A DNA stretch of 64,000 bases from an uncultured Bacillota bacterium (GCA_963804645.1 CAWDRG010000009.1:1312001-1376000), one strand, 5' to 3'. Positions 1-10,097 are shown, numbered from the stretch's first letter. Numbers and translations: made by a program. Notes: generated by a model from the letters alone, not told the origin.

Positions 1-90
1 GCCGAACTGAGAACGGACGGAGCGTTTCGGATCGTCAGGCATCGAGTCCTCCGGGCAGGATCGCGCGCGGCGCGGACGAATGAAGCCCCG

Positions 91-504
91 ATGGGTCTTC
101 CCGAATGGCACGCGTGGCCGGTCCTGCTCGTGCTCACCCTCGCGGGTGACGTCCTGTGCGTGGCGCTGGCCGCGTTCGGTGACCTCACCGGCCGCACCCG
201 CATGCCGCATGCGTTCTGGTGGATTCTGTGGCTCGCGCAGATTCCCCTCGGGCTGCAGATCGTGCTGGGCCTGGCGCTGTACTCCGAAGGGGCACGCCCC
301 CGCACCGCCATGCATTTCCTGTACGGGGCGCTCATCGTGCTGACGCTCGGCGCGCTGTTTGTGCTTCGTCCGGGGAGCGCGAACCGACGCCGCTGGGTGC
401 CGGACGAAGCCGGGTTCCGCGAATCGCGGTGGCTCGCCGTGCTCTGTCTGTTTCTTGCCGGGCTGGTCGGGCGGGTCTACATGACCGGCGCGATCGGGCA
501 TTGA
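91..504 (+). CDS. hypothetical membrane protein (about 4 TM segments)
   Basis: Hydrophobic 137-aa ORF with GC-typical codons; frame is open back to base 1, so the start is uncertain. Confidence 0.65.
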   Translation: MGLPEWHAWPVLLVLTLAGDVLCVALAAFGDLTGRTRMPHAFWWILWLAQIPLGLQIVLGLALYSEGARPRTAMHFLYGALIVLTLGALFVLRPGSANRRRWVPDEAGFRESRWLAVLCLFLAGLVGRVYMTGAIGH

Positions 505-530
505 CAAAGCGCACGCGGGCCGTGTACAAT
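501..530 (+). promoter_or_regulatory. sigma70-type promoter of the ilv-leu operon
   Basis: TTGACA (501-506), 18-bp spacer, TACAAT (525-530) in otherwise GC-rich DNA. Confidence 0.75.
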
Positions 531-646
531 TTTTGGACATAGCCCGGGGTTTCAGTTCGACCCGCCGAAGGTCGCACAGGCTCACGTGGGTGAAACCAAG
601 GGAAACGCCGCCGGAGGCGCGGAGTCGGCGCCGCAGCGGCGGTAGA

Positions 647-899
647 GGCGATGAGGAGACCGGATCGCAGCCGTTCCGGGTCCGAGAGAGCTGGGGACAG
701 GTGAGAACCAGCATCCGGCGCTGCGAACGCTCCACTCCGAGCCGCGGGAACCAAAGGCCGCTCAGGCGCGCCGAGTAGCACCCGCCGGAACCCGCCGTGA
801 CCGGGTTGAGTGCCGTCCGGGCCGCGCTGGCCGGACGGAACTAAGGTGGTACCGCGGGGAGTCCCGTCCTTAGAGGGCTCCGCGCGGTTTTTGTTTTTC
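647..899 (+). ncRNA. T-box riboswitch, probably Leu specifier (CUC), with terminator
   Basis: Stem I motifs GCGATGA, AGAGAGC and GGTGAGAA; candidate specifier CTC at 730-732; AGTA box; T-box AACTAAGGTGGTACCGCG at 839-856; terminator hairpin plus T-tract; lies upstream of ilvB. Confidence 0.93.
851..899 (+). terminator. intrinsic terminator of the T-box leader
   Basis: ACCGCG-GGAGTCC...GGGCTCC-CGCGGT hairpin followed by TTTTTGTTTTT. Confidence 0.85.
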
Positions 900-951
900 G
901 CGAGGATGTTGGGACAGGCGCAGCGATCGACATCGAAGGGGGACGGGGACC

Positions 952-2694
952 ATGGCACGGCAGACGACGTCGGTCGCGAGAGCGACCACCGCCACAACGA
1001 CAAAGCGGATGAGTGGGGCTCAGGCGCTCGTGGAGAGCCTGCATCGCGCGGGCGTCGACACGATCTTCGGGCACCCGGGCGGCGCCGCGCTTCCGCTCTA
1101 CGATGCGCTCTATGACGCGGGGCCGTTGCGCCACGTGCTCGTCCGCCACGAGCAGGTGGCCGCGCACGCGGCGACCGGCTACCACCGGGTGACCGGCAAG
1201 GTCGGCGTGTGCATGGCAACCTCCGGCCCGGGCGCGACCAACCTGATCACCGGGATCGCCGACGCGATGATGGATTCGGCCGGGATCGTCGCGATCGTCG
1301 GACAGGTCCCCACGTCGGCGATCGGCAGCGACGCGTTCCAGGAGGCGGACGTCATCGGCATCTCGATGCCCGTGACGAAGCACAACTGTCAGGTGCAGCG
1401 GGCGCTCGATCTGCCTCGGATGGTGCTCCAGAGCTTCCTCATCGCCGGCAGCGGACGCCCGGGGCCGGTGCTGGTCGATATCCCCCGCGACATTGCGCAG
1501 ACGGAAGCGGAGTTCGAGTTTCCCGAGCAGGTGACGCTGCGCCCCGGCAAGGTGCCGCCGGCGGTGCCGAGCCCGAATCAGATCGCCGCGGCGGCCGCGC
1601 TGCTCGCGGGGGCGGTCCGGCCGGTCATCTACGCGGGCGGCGGCGTGATCACGTCGAATGCCGCGCCCGAGCTGACGGCGCTGGCGCGGCGGACGCGGAT
1701 CCCCGTGACGACGACGCTCATGGGGAAGGGCGGATTTCCGGAGACCGATCCGCTGTCGCTCGGCATGCTGGGGATGCACGGCACCGCCTACGCCAACTAC
1801 GCGATCAACGCGGCCGACGTCATCCTCGCGGTCGGCGTGCGGTTCGACGACCGGGTAACCGGGCGCCTCAAGGATTTTGCTCCGGGAGCCAAGTTCATCC
1901 ACATCGACATCGATCCGGCGGAGATCGGGAAGAACAAGCCCGCGCACGTGCCGATCGTCGGCGATGCCAAGGAATCGCTGCGGGTGCTCGACGGGCAGCT
2001 CCGGCCGCCGGACACGGAGGCGTGGCACCGGCAGATCGCCGAGTGGAAGGCGCGGTACCCGCTGCGCCACCGGCAGCGCGGCGACGTGATCAAGCCGCAG
2101 TTCGCGATCGATGAGATCTACCGCGCCACCGAGGGGAAGGCGATCGTGGTCACCGACGTCGGCCAGCATCAGATGTGGGCCGCGCAATTCTACCTGACGA
2201 CGGAGCCCCGCACGTGGCTGTCGTCCGGCGGCCTGGGGACCATGGGCTTCGGGTTTCCGGCGGCGCTCGGCGCGCAGGTCGGGCGGCCCGACGCGCTGGT
2301 GTGTGCCATCGTCGGCGATGGCAGCTTTCAAATGACGCTGCAGGATCTCGCCACCGCGGTCGACGCGAAGCTTCCGCTGAAGATCTACATCATCGACAAC
2401 GGGTCCCTCGGCATGGTCCGCCAGTGGCAGGAGCTGTTCTACCGGGAGCGGTACTCGCACGTTTTCCTCAAGAACCCGGACTTCGCGAAGATCGCGGAGG
2501 CGTACGGCGCGGTCGGGATCAACGTGGGCCGGACCGACGAGCTGCGTCCCGCGATCATGCGCTCGCTGGAGATCACCGACCGCCCATGCCTCGTGGCGAT
2601 CACGTGCGATCCCGAGGAGAACTGCTATCCGATGATCCCGTCCGGCCAATCGATCAAGGAGATGATTATCGAAGATGAACGCGTCCGCGATTGA
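952..2694 (+). CDS. ilvB: acetolactate synthase large subunit
   Basis: [20 protein letters not shown] and [10 protein letters not shown]-binding motifs. Confidence 0.96.
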   Translation: MARQTTSVARATTATTTKRMSGAQALVESLHRAGVDTIFGHPGGAALPLYDALYDAGPLRHVLVRHEQVAAHAATGYHRVTGKVGVCMATSGPGATNLITGIADAMMDSAGIVAIVGQVPTSAIGSDAFQEADVIGISMPVTKHNCQVQRALDLPRMVLQSFLIAGSGRPGPVLVDIPRDIAQTEAEFEFPEQVTLRPGKVPPAVPSPNQIAAAAALLAGAVRPVIYAGGGVITSNAAPELTALARRTRIPVTTTLMGKGGFPETDPLSLGMLGMHGTAYANYAINAADVILAVGVRFDDRVTGRLKDFAPGAKFIHIDIDPAEIGKNKPAHVPIVGDAKESLRVLDGQLRPPDTEAWHRQIAEWKARYPLRHRQRGDVIKPQFAIDEIYRATEGKAIVVTDVGQHQMWAAQFYLTTEPRTWLSSGGLGTMGFGFPAALGAQVGRPDALVCAIVGDGSFQMTLQDLATAVDAKLPLKIYIIDNGSLGMVRQWQELFYRERYSHVFLKNPDFAKIAEAYGAVGINVGRTDELRPAIMRSLEITDRPCLVAITCDPEENCYPMIPSGQSIKEMIIEDERVRD

Positions 2695-3220
2695 GCTGCT
2701 CGGGGGCACGGCGAGCCCGGCCCGGCCCGGCGCGATGAAGCACACGATCTCGGTGCTCGTCGAGAATGCCCCCGGCGTCCTGTCAAAGGTCTCCGGCCTG
2801 TTCCGCCGGCGCGGCTACAACATTCACAGTCTGGCCGTCGGCGTGACGGAGCAGCCGTCCGTGTCGCGCATGATCATCGTGGTCGAGGGCGCGCCGGAGA
2901 TCCTGGAGCAGATCATCAAGCAGCTGAACAAGGTCATGGAGGTTATCAAGGTCAACGACGTGACGGGCTTCAGCACCGTGGACCGCGAGCTCGCGTTGAT
3001 CAAGCTCAACGCGTCGCCGACGACCCGGATGGAGATCATGGAGATCAGCAACGTCTTTCGCGCCAGCGTCGTCGATCTGACCGAGAAGACGATGACCCTC
3101 GAGGTGACGGGGCGCTCAGACAAGATCGACGCGATCATGTCGCTGCTGCAGAAGTACGGCGTGCGAGAGATGACGCGGACCGGTCAGGTCACGCTCGTTC
3201 GCGGCACGCAACCCACTTAG
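2675..3220 (+). CDS. ilvN: acetolactate synthase small regulatory subunit
   Basis: ACT domain [28 protein letters not shown]; alternative start at 2735. Confidence 0.94.
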   Translation: MNASAIELLGGTASPARPGAMKHTISVLVENAPGVLSKVSGLFRRRGYNIHSLAVGVTEQPSVSRMIIVVEGAPEILEQIIKQLNKVMEVIKVNDVTGFSTVDRELALIKLNASPTTRMEIMEISNVFRASVVDLTEKTMTLEVTGRSDKIDAIMSLLQKYGVREMTRTGQVTLVRGTQPT

Positions 3221-3233
3221 GAGGCCCGAACCC

Positions 3234-4283
3234 ATGCCCGCCAAGGTTTACTACGAGCCCGATGCGAACCTGAACGTCCTCCGCGGCAAGCGCGTCGCCG
3301 TGATCGGCTACGGCAGCCAGGGGCACGCCCAGGCGCAGAACCTCAACGACAGCGGCGTGTCCGTCGTCGTCGGCCTCTACAAGGGGAGCCGCTCCTGGGC
3401 GCAGGCCGAATCGGACGGCCTGGAGGTCACGACGGTGTCGGAGGCCGCGGCCCGGGCCGACGTGGTCCAGCTGCTGATCCCCGATGAGATCCAGGCGCGC
3501 GTGTATCAGGAAGAGATCCGGCCGCACCTCGGCGCCGGCAAGGCGCTCGGCGTGTCCCACGGGTTCAGCATCCACTTCCACCAGGTGGTCCCGTCGCCGG
3601 ATGTCGACGTCTTCATGATCGCGCCGAAGAGCCCCGGCCACCTGCTGCGGCGGATGTACGTGGAGGGCAAGGGTGTGCCGTCGCTGCTCGCGATCCATCA
3701 GGATGCGAGCGGCCGGGCGAAGGCGATCGCGCTCGCGTACGCGCACGGGATCGGGAGCCTCCGCGCGGGGGTGATCGAGACGACGTTCCGCGAGGAGACC
3801 GAGAGCGATCTGTTCGGCGAGCAGGCCGTCCTCTGCGGCGGTGTCACGGAGCTGATCAAGGCGGGATACGAGACGCTGGTTGCCGCGGGATACGCGCCGG
3901 AGATCGCGTACTTTGAGTGCCTCCACGAGATGAAGCTGATCGTGGATCTGATCTACGAGGGCGGGCTCAGCCTGATGCGCTACTCGGTCAGCAACACCGC
4001 GAAGTTCGGCGACTTCACGCGCGGCCGGCGCATCATCACGGACGAGACCCGGGCGGAGATGCGGCGGATCCTCGCCGAGATTCAGAGCGGCGCGTTCGCC
4101 AAGGAGTGGATCCTCGAGAACCAGGCGGGGCGGCCCGTGTTCCAGGCACGCTACCAGCAAGAGACCCAGCAGCCGATCGAGGAGATCGGGAAGGAGCTGC
4201 GGGCGATGATGCCGTGGCTGCAGCGCACCCCGGCCGCGCCCGCACCCCAGCCCAAGAAGTCGGAAGCGAAGGCGAAGCGCTAG
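3234..4283 (+). CDS. ilvC: ketol-acid reductoisomerase
   Basis: [27 protein letters not shown] and [14 protein letters not shown] motifs. Confidence 0.97.
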   Translation: MPAKVYYEPDANLNVLRGKRVAVIGYGSQGHAQAQNLNDSGVSVVVGLYKGSRSWAQAESDGLEVTTVSEAAARADVVQLLIPDEIQARVYQEEIRPHLGAGKALGVSHGFSIHFHQVVPSPDVDVFMIAPKSPGHLLRRMYVEGKGVPSLLAIHQDASGRAKAIALAYAHGIGSLRAGVIETTFREETESDLFGEQAVLCGGVTELIKAGYETLVAAGYAPEIAYFECLHEMKLIVDLIYEGGLSLMRYSVSNTAKFGDFTRGRRIITDETRAEMRRILAEIQSGAFAKEWILENQAGRPVFQARYQQETQQPIEEIGKELRAMMPWLQRTPAAPAPQPKKSEAKAKR

Positions 4284-4420
4284 CCCGAACGACCGGCCGC
4301 CGGCTGGCGGCCGGGACCCGGCGGCGGGAACGACCCGCCGCGCGGGGACGCTCGGCGGCGCACGGGCGGGAGACCCCCGCGCGGAAGCGCCGGCCGCAGC
4401 GAGACGCGGAGGACGCGGAG

Positions 4421-5962
4421 ATGGACGAGCGGATTCGGATCTTCGATACGACCCTGCGGGACGGCGAGCAGTCGCCGGGCTTCACGATGAACCAGGCGGA
4501 GAAGCTGGAGGTGGCGCGCGCGCTCGCCGCGCTGCGTGTGGACGTGATCGAGGCCGGCTTCCCGATCAGCAGCCCGGGCGACCTCGAGGGCGTGCGCCTC
4601 ATCGCGCGCGAGGTCCGCGGCCCGGTGATCGCGGGGCTGGCGCGCGCGGGCCGCCAGGACATCGACGCGGTCGTGGAGGCGGTCCGGGACGCGGAGCGGT
4701 CGCGCATCCACGTGTTCCTCGCCACCTCGGCGATCCACATGGAGCACAAGCTTCGAATGACGCCGGACCAAGTCTACGAGGCGTCGGTGGAGTCGGTGCG
4801 CTACGCCCGCACGTTCACCGACGACGTCGAGTTTTCGGCCGAGGACGCCAGCCGCTCCGACCCGGACTTTCTATGCCGGGTGCTCGAGGGCACCATCGCG
4901 GCCGGCGCCACGACGATCAACGTGCCGGATACGACCGGGTATGCGACCCCCGACGAGTACGCGGAGCTCCTGCGGTCGTTGATGGAGCGGATTCCGAACA
5001 GCGACCGGGTGATCTGGAGCGTGCACTGCCACGACGACCTCGGCCTCGCCGTCGCGAACTCGCTCGCCGCGGTGCGGATCGGCGCGCGGCAGGTGGAGTG
5101 CACGATCAACGGGATCGGCGAGCGCGCGGGCAACGCGTCGCTCGAGGAGATCGTGATGGCGCTCCACACGCGGCGGAACTACTACGGCATCGGCACCGCG
5201 CTCGACACGACGAAGATCTACCGGACCAGCCGGCTGATCAGCGCGATCTCGGGCATTTCCGTGCAGCCGAACAAGGCGATCGTCGGCGACAACGCGTTCG
5301 CGCACGAGGCTGGGATCCATCAGCACGGGGTGCTGATGAACCGCGCGACGTACGAGATCATGACGCCGGAAACGATCGGAATCCCGAGCAACAAGCTCGT
5401 GATGGGGAAGCATTCGGGCCGGCACGCGCTCAAGAAGCTCCTCGACGACAACGGCGTGCGCCTCTCGGACGCGGAGCTGCAGCGCACGTTTCAGGAGTTC
5501 AAGGCGCTGTGTGACAAGAAGAAGCACGTCACAACCGAGGACATTCTGTCCCTGGTGGAGAGCGAGATGGATCTGCGTGGGGCGCCGCAGACCTATGCGC
5601 TCAAGGCCTTCCACGTGTCGACGAGCAGCACGCTGCCTCCGATGGCGTCCGTCACCCTCGTGCGCGGCCAGGAGTTGTTCACGCAGGAAGCGTCCGGCGA
5701 CGGGCCCGTCGACTCGATGTACAACGCGATCAACAAGATCGTCGGGCTCGAGGCGACCCTCGCCGACTACGCGGTCAAGGCCATCACCGGCGGGACGGAC
5801 GCAATGGGCGAGGCCACGGTCAAGGTGCGTCACGGCGAGCGGTTGTTTGTGGGCCGCGGGACCAGCACCGACGTGCTCGACTCGAGCGCCCGAGCGTACC
5901 TGGCCGCGGTCAACAAGATCATCAACGAGCGGCAGCCGTCGATGAGCAAGGTCAACAGCTGA
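4421..5962 (+). CDS. leuA: 2-isopropylmalate synthase
   Basis: IFDTTLRDGEQSPG, HCHDDLG and GIGERAGNA motifs plus C-terminal regulatory domain; start moved to ATG 4421 behind a GGAG SD. Confidence 0.96.
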   Translation: MDERIRIFDTTLRDGEQSPGFTMNQAEKLEVARALAALRVDVIEAGFPISSPGDLEGVRLIAREVRGPVIAGLARAGRQDIDAVVEAVRDAERSRIHVFLATSAIHMEHKLRMTPDQVYEASVESVRYARTFTDDVEFSAEDASRSDPDFLCRVLEGTIAAGATTINVPDTTGYATPDEYAELLRSLMERIPNSDRVIWSVHCHDDLGLAVANSLAAVRIGARQVECTINGIGERAGNASLEEIVMALHTRRNYYGIGTALDTTKIYRTSRLISAISGISVQPNKAIVGDNAFAHEAGIHQHGVLMNRATYEIMTPETIGIPSNKLVMGKHSGRHALKKLLDDNGVRLSDAELQRTFQEFKALCDKKKHVTTEDILSLVESEMDLRGAPQTYALKAFHVSTSSTLPPMASVTLVRGQELFTQEASGDGPVDSMYNAINKIVGLEATLADYAVKAITGGTDAMGEATVKVRHGERLFVGRGTSTDVLDSSARAYLAAVNKIINERQPSMSKVNS

Positions 5963-6030
5963 CGCGCGGCACCGCGCGGCCGGATCCCGGGAGCGCCGCG
6001 GGCCCGGACCCCAACGAGGAGGACGCCCGA

Positions 6031-6144
6031 GTGGCTCATCCCAGCCGTCTCGCGCGGTATGACCCCACGCGTCAGAGCGGGACGCCGGGCGCGGGGATTG
6101 CGCCGTCGGCCGACGATACGCTCCGCATCGGGACGGTGACGTGA
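6031..6144 (+). CDS. small 37-aa ORF with strong SD (possible vestige)
   Basis: GAGGAGG SD then GTG; stop overlaps the next ATG (TGATG). Confidence 0.35.
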   Translation: MAHPSRLARYDPTRQSGTPGAGIAPSADDTLRIGTVT

Positions 6145-6194
6145 TGCGCGACACGACGCATGCGCCGGATCTCCGCGCGCGGGCGCGCCGATGA
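6144..6194 (+). CDS. small 16-aa ORF MRDTTHAPDLRARARR, coupled to leuB
   Basis: Starts in a TGATG overlap and ends in an ATGA overlap with the leuB start. Confidence 0.3.
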   Translation: MRDTTHAPDLRARARR

Positions 6195-7273
6195 GTGCCG
6201 CCCGCACGTACTGCGTCGCCGTGATCCCCGGCGACGGAATTGGGCGCGAGGTCATCGCCGAGGCGGTCCGGGTGCTCGCCGAGGTAGGCCGGCGGTACGA
6301 GGTCGCCCTGTCGTTTGAGGAAGGGCTCGCCGGCGGCGGCGCGATCGACGCGGTGGGCCATCCGATCCCGCTGGAGACGGTGGAGTTGTGCCGGCGCTCC
6401 GACGCGATCCTGCTGGGCGCGTGCGGCGGGCCCAAATGGGACCGCGGTCCGGTCCACCTGCGGCCCGAGCAGGCGCTGTTCACCCTGCGGAAGACGTTTC
6501 AGCTCTATGCGAATCTGCGTCCGGCGATCGTGTCGGCGCCGCTTGTGGACGCTTCGCCGCTGCGGCGCGATCTCGTCGAGGGCACCGACATCCTGATCGT
6601 GCGCGAGTTGTGTGGCGGCATGTACTTCGGCGCCCAATCGCGGGCCGGGACGGGGGAGGCGGCGACCGCCACCGACACGCTGCCGTACTCGGTCGCGGAG
6701 ATCCGGCGGGTGGTCAAGAAGGCGTGCGAGATCGCCCGGCTCCGGCCGCGCCGCAAGGTGACGTCGGTGGACAAGGCCAACGTGCTCGAGACCTCCCGGT
6801 TGTGGCGCGAGGTCGCGACCGAGGTCGCGCGCGACTTTCCGGACGTCGCGGTCGAGCATATGCTGGTGGACAACGCGGCGCTGCAGCTGGTGCGCAACCC
6901 TCGCCAGTTCGACGTCATCGTGACCGAAAACACGTTCGGGGACATTCTCAGCGACGAGGCTGCCGGCGTGATCGGCTCGCTCGGACTCATGCCGTCGGCG
7001 AGCCTCGGCGAGGCCGCGCCCGGTCTGTTCGAACCGGTGCACGGCACCGCGCCCGACATTGCGGGCAAGGGCATCGCCAATCCGCTCGCGGCGATCCTGA
7101 CGGCGGCGTTGCTGCTGCGCTACGGCGCCGGGCACGAGGCGGCCGCGGCCGCGATCGAGACGGCGGTCACCCGGGCCCTGGCGGACGGGTGCCGGACCGG
7201 GGACATGGCCGGTACCACCGCGCCCCTCGGGACCGCGGCGATGACCGACGCCGTGCTCGCCCGCCTTGCGTAG
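6191..7273 (+). CDS. leuB: 3-isopropylmalate dehydrogenase
   Basis: PGDGIG, DKANVL, NTFGDILSDEA and EPVHGTAPDIAGKG motifs. Confidence 0.96.
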   Translation: MSAARTYCVAVIPGDGIGREVIAEAVRVLAEVGRRYEVALSFEEGLAGGGAIDAVGHPIPLETVELCRRSDAILLGACGGPKWDRGPVHLRPEQALFTLRKTFQLYANLRPAIVSAPLVDASPLRRDLVEGTDILIVRELCGGMYFGAQSRAGTGEAATATDTLPYSVAEIRRVVKKACEIARLRPRRKVTSVDKANVLETSRLWREVATEVARDFPDVAVEHMLVDNAALQLVRNPRQFDVIVTENTFGDILSDEAAGVIGSLGLMPSASLGEAAPGLFEPVHGTAPDIAGKGIANPLAAILTAALLLRYGAGHEAAAAAIETAVTRALADGCRTGDMAGTTAPLGTAAMTDAVLARLA

Positions 7274-7280
7274 CCCGGCG

Positions 7281-8216
7281 ATGCGCATCCTCGTGATGGG
7301 CACCGGCGGCCTCGGGGGGTACTTCGGCGGGCTGCTCGGACGCGCCGGTGAGGACGTGGTGTTCGTCGCGCGCGGCGCGCATCTCGAGGCGATCGCGTCC
7401 CAGGGGCTCCGCGTGGCCAGCCCGGACGGCGATTTCGTGTTCCGGGGGCGCGCGGTCGCGCAGCCGGCGGAGGCGGGGTCGGTCGATCTCGTGCTCTTCG
7501 TGGTGAAGACCTACGACGAGGCCGCGGCCGCGGAGGCGATCCGCCCGGTGATGGGTCGCGAGACCGCGGTGCTGTGTCTGCAGAACGGCGTCGAGACGGA
7601 GGACCGGCTGGCGTCCATGTTCGGCCGGGCCGCGGTGCTCGGCGGCGCGACGTACGTGTCGGCGGGGATCGAAGCGCCGGGCGTCATCCGGCACTCCGGG
7701 CGGTCGGGCACGATCGTGTTCGGCGAGCTCGACGGCCGCGTCACGCCGCGCGTCAACGCGATCGACGCGACGCTCCGGCACGCCGGGATTCGAACCGAGG
7801 TCGTCACCGAGATCATGCGGGTGCTGTGGGAGAAGTTTGTGTTCATCTGCGCCGTCGGCGGGATGACCGCGACGACCCGCGTGACGCTTGGCGAGGTGTG
7901 GGATCAGGTAGAGTCCCGGGAGATGCTTCGGGGGCTGATGGAGGAAACCGCGGCGGTCGGCCGCGCCCGGGGCATCCTCCTGGACGGGGTGGTCGAGCGT
8001 CAGATGGCGCTCGTCGAACATTTGGTCGGCGGAGCGGACTACCACACGCGCGCTTCGCTCTACCATGATCTCGCCGCGGGGAAGCGCATGGAGCTCGACG
8101 CGCTGTGCGGGGCGGTGGTGCGGATGGGGCGCGACGCGGGCGTCCCGACGCCGTTCAGCATCGCGGTGGTCGCGGTGCTGCGGCCCCACGAGCGCCGCGC
8201 CGCGGCAAACCGCTGA
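7281..8216 (+). CDS. panE: ketopantoate reductase family protein
   Basis: MRILVMGTGGLGG Rossmann motif, LQNG, WEKF and SLYHDL..GKRME motifs. Confidence 0.85.
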   Translation: MRILVMGTGGLGGYFGGLLGRAGEDVVFVARGAHLEAIASQGLRVASPDGDFVFRGRAVAQPAEAGSVDLVLFVVKTYDEAAAAEAIRPVMGRETAVLCLQNGVETEDRLASMFGRAAVLGGATYVSAGIEAPGVIRHSGRSGTIVFGELDGRVTPRVNAIDATLRHAGIRTEVVTEIMRVLWEKFVFICAVGGMTATTRVTLGEVWDQVESREMLRGLMEETAAVGRARGILLDGVVERQMALVEHLVGGADYHTRASLYHDLAAGKRMELDALCGAVVRMGRDAGVPTPFSIAVVAVLRPHERRAAANR

Positions 8217-8234
8217 GCGGTCTTCTCCGTTCGC

Positions 8235-8263
8235 TTGCATTGGTCGCCCCTGCGGCATACAAT
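8235..8263 (+). promoter_or_regulatory. putative sigma70 promoter
   Basis: TTGCAT-17 bp-TACAAT. Confidence 0.55.
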
Positions 8264-8292
8264 ACGCCTGTCGTGCACACCGGTCGTTCATC

Positions 8293-8660
8293 GTGAGGGG
8301 GCTCGCGGCCGCCGCGATCGCCGTGGGTGACGGACTCGCGGTGGTCGCCCGGCGGCGCCGGCGTCGTCTGCGGCTCGCCGCGGCGGCGGCCGGCGCGGTG
8401 CGGTGTCCCTTTCGCGTCACCCTCGTGACTCCATCCAGATGCTGACCGCCTCACTGTCCGGTTCGCTGTACGCCCACAGGCAGGAGCTCGCGGCAGGCGC
8501 GGTCGCCGTGGGCTACGGGCTCGTGGCGGCCGTGGTGGTCGCCCGAGGGCGGTTCCGGCGTCCCTGGGTGCTCGCCGCGTTCGCGGCGGGCGCCCTGCTG
8601 TTCCCGTTCAGCGTTATCCTCGTGAGCTCGATCCAGACGTTGATCGCCACCCTGTTCGGC
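8293..8660 (+). repeat. degenerate tandem duplication (about 170-180 bp units) of the 5' end of the membrane protein gene
   Basis: Copy 1 (about 8293-8460) encodes GLAAAAIAVGDGL..LAAAAAGAVRCPFRVTLV / SIQMLTASLSG; copy 2 (about 8482-8660) encodes ELAAGAVAVGYGL..LAAFAAGALLFPFSVILVSSIQTLIATLFG. Confidence 0.75.
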
Positions 8661-9185
8661 TGGGACGTCGACGCCTTCAGCTCCAGCCTGGGCATCGGGC
8701 TCGTGGGCGCGGCCACCGCCGCCGCGATCAACGAGATCCTCAAAGTCGCGGTCGCGCTCGTCGCGACGTCCAGGGACCATGCCGAATCGGACGCGGCCGT
8801 GTACGGCGCCGCGGTCGGCGCGGGCTTCGGGGCCGTCGGCGCCTACCAGGTCGTGGCGCTCGCGCTGATCGCCCGCGGGCTTCAGATCGGGGCGCCCGAG
8901 AACTTGGTCACGCCGCTCGCGCAGCAGTTTGGGTTCGTCGCCGCGAACGCCGCGTCGACCGCGCTGGCCGCGTACGGCGCGACCCACGGGCGTCTTGCGC
9001 TGTACCTCTTCGGGGCGATCGCGTGGCAGACGCTGTACGGGCTCCTCAGCGTGCTCTTCACCCTGCAGCTGTTCGCGACCGCGGTCTGGACCGTGCTCAG
9101 CGTGGTGGTCGGGCTCGTCCTGCTGGCCTACGCCGTCGTGCTGAGCTTGCGGCGGGCGCCGCCGGTTCCGGATCCCCCCGCGTGA
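8439..9185 (+). CDS. integral membrane protein, PrsW/YhfC-like intramembrane metalloprotease fold (divergent)
   Basis: Multi-TM protein; AAINEILK resembles the EExxK motif; GAAVGAGFG motif; start uncertain. Confidence 0.55.
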   Translation: MLTASLSGSLYAHRQELAAGAVAVGYGLVAAVVVARGRFRRPWVLAAFAAGALLFPFSVILVSSIQTLIATLFGWDVDAFSSSLGIGLVGAATAAAINEILKVAVALVATSRDHAESDAAVYGAAVGAGFGAVGAYQVVALALIARGLQIGAPENLVTPLAQQFGFVAANAASTALAAYGATHGRLALYLFGAIAWQTLYGLLSVLFTLQLFATAVWTVLSVVVGLVLLAYAVVLSLRRAPPVPDPPA

Positions 9186-10039
9186 TGGACGGGCCTGCCG
9201 TCGACGGCGCCGCCGCTCGGGATCGGGTTGCGGACGGATGGCGCCATTTGGCGGCGTTCTTCCGCCACGACGCCCGCGAGCTGCCCGACGCGATCGCCGC
9301 GTTCCGCGAGGCCGAACGGGCGCAGCGGGCCGCGGGCGGGGGCGAGGAGCTCGTGAACACGCTGCTCGGCCTCTCGCTGGCGCTGCGCCTCGCGCGTGAT
9401 CCCGACGAAGGCCGGCATGCGGTGGTGCTGGCCCAGGAAATGGTCAACATCGTCCGCCGGCACCGCGGAGACGCCGAGGCGCTGCCGTACCGGGCCGCGC
9501 TGGAAGCCGCGTACCGGGACCTCGCCGACGTCGAGCAGGGAGCGGCGGCGGACCGCGCCGCGGAGGAGGGGATCGAGGCCTGCGACCGCACGCTCGCGCT
9601 GGCGCGGCGGCTGCGGGAACCCGCGGCGGTCCCCGCGTCCCAAGCCACGAAGGCCGCGCTGCTCCACCGGCTCACCGCGCTCGGGGATTCCTCCGCGGCG
9701 CCCCGGCGCCCGCGCGATGCGCTGCGGCTGTTCGCGGCCGCGCTCGACGCGTGGCCGGCGCGTGACGTCGAGGGCCGCGCGGCCGTGCTGTGCGATTACG
9801 CGGAGGCGCTCGCGGATGCGGGAGAGGCCTCCCGCGCGGAGCGGTTCGCGCGCGACGCGGTGGAGGCGCTGCGCCCGACCACAAACCGCTATCTGTTGGC
9901 GCGGGCCCGCCGCGCGGAGGCGCGCGCGGCGCTGGCCGTCGATCGCCGGGATGCGCTCGACCTGGTAACCGCCGCCGCCGCGGAGTTTCGCGCGCTCGGG
10001 TGCGAGTGGGACGCGCGGCAGGTTGAGGCGCTGGTGTAA
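9185..10039 (+). CDS. hypothetical alpha-helical (TPR-like) protein
   Basis: ATG overlaps upstream TGA; Ala/Arg-rich helical repeats. Confidence 0.65.
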   Translation: MDGPAVDGAAARDRVADGWRHLAAFFRHDARELPDAIAAFREAERAQRAAGGGEELVNTLLGLSLALRLARDPDEGRHAVVLAQEMVNIVRRHRGDAEALPYRAALEAAYRDLADVEQGAAADRAAEEGIEACDRTLALARRLREPAAVPASQATKAALLHRLTALGDSSAAPRRPRDALRLFAAALDAWPARDVEGRAAVLCDYAEALADAGEASRAERFARDAVEALRPTTNRYLLARARRAEARAALAVDRRDALDLVTAAAAEFRALGCEWDARQVEALV

Positions 10040-10097
10040 CCGAACAGGGCGGGTGTTTCACACAGTGACGCGTCAGCGTGGAAAGGCGGCCGACGCC

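Noticed and set aside
537..645. ppGpp/ykkC or c-di-GMP riboswitch assignment for the pre-T-box leader
   Set aside because: The diagnostic consensus segments were not found; kept only as an unassigned structure.
8264..8296. His leader peptide (VHTGRSS) attenuator
   Set aside because: Only one His codon, no terminator, and the region is explained by the duplication.
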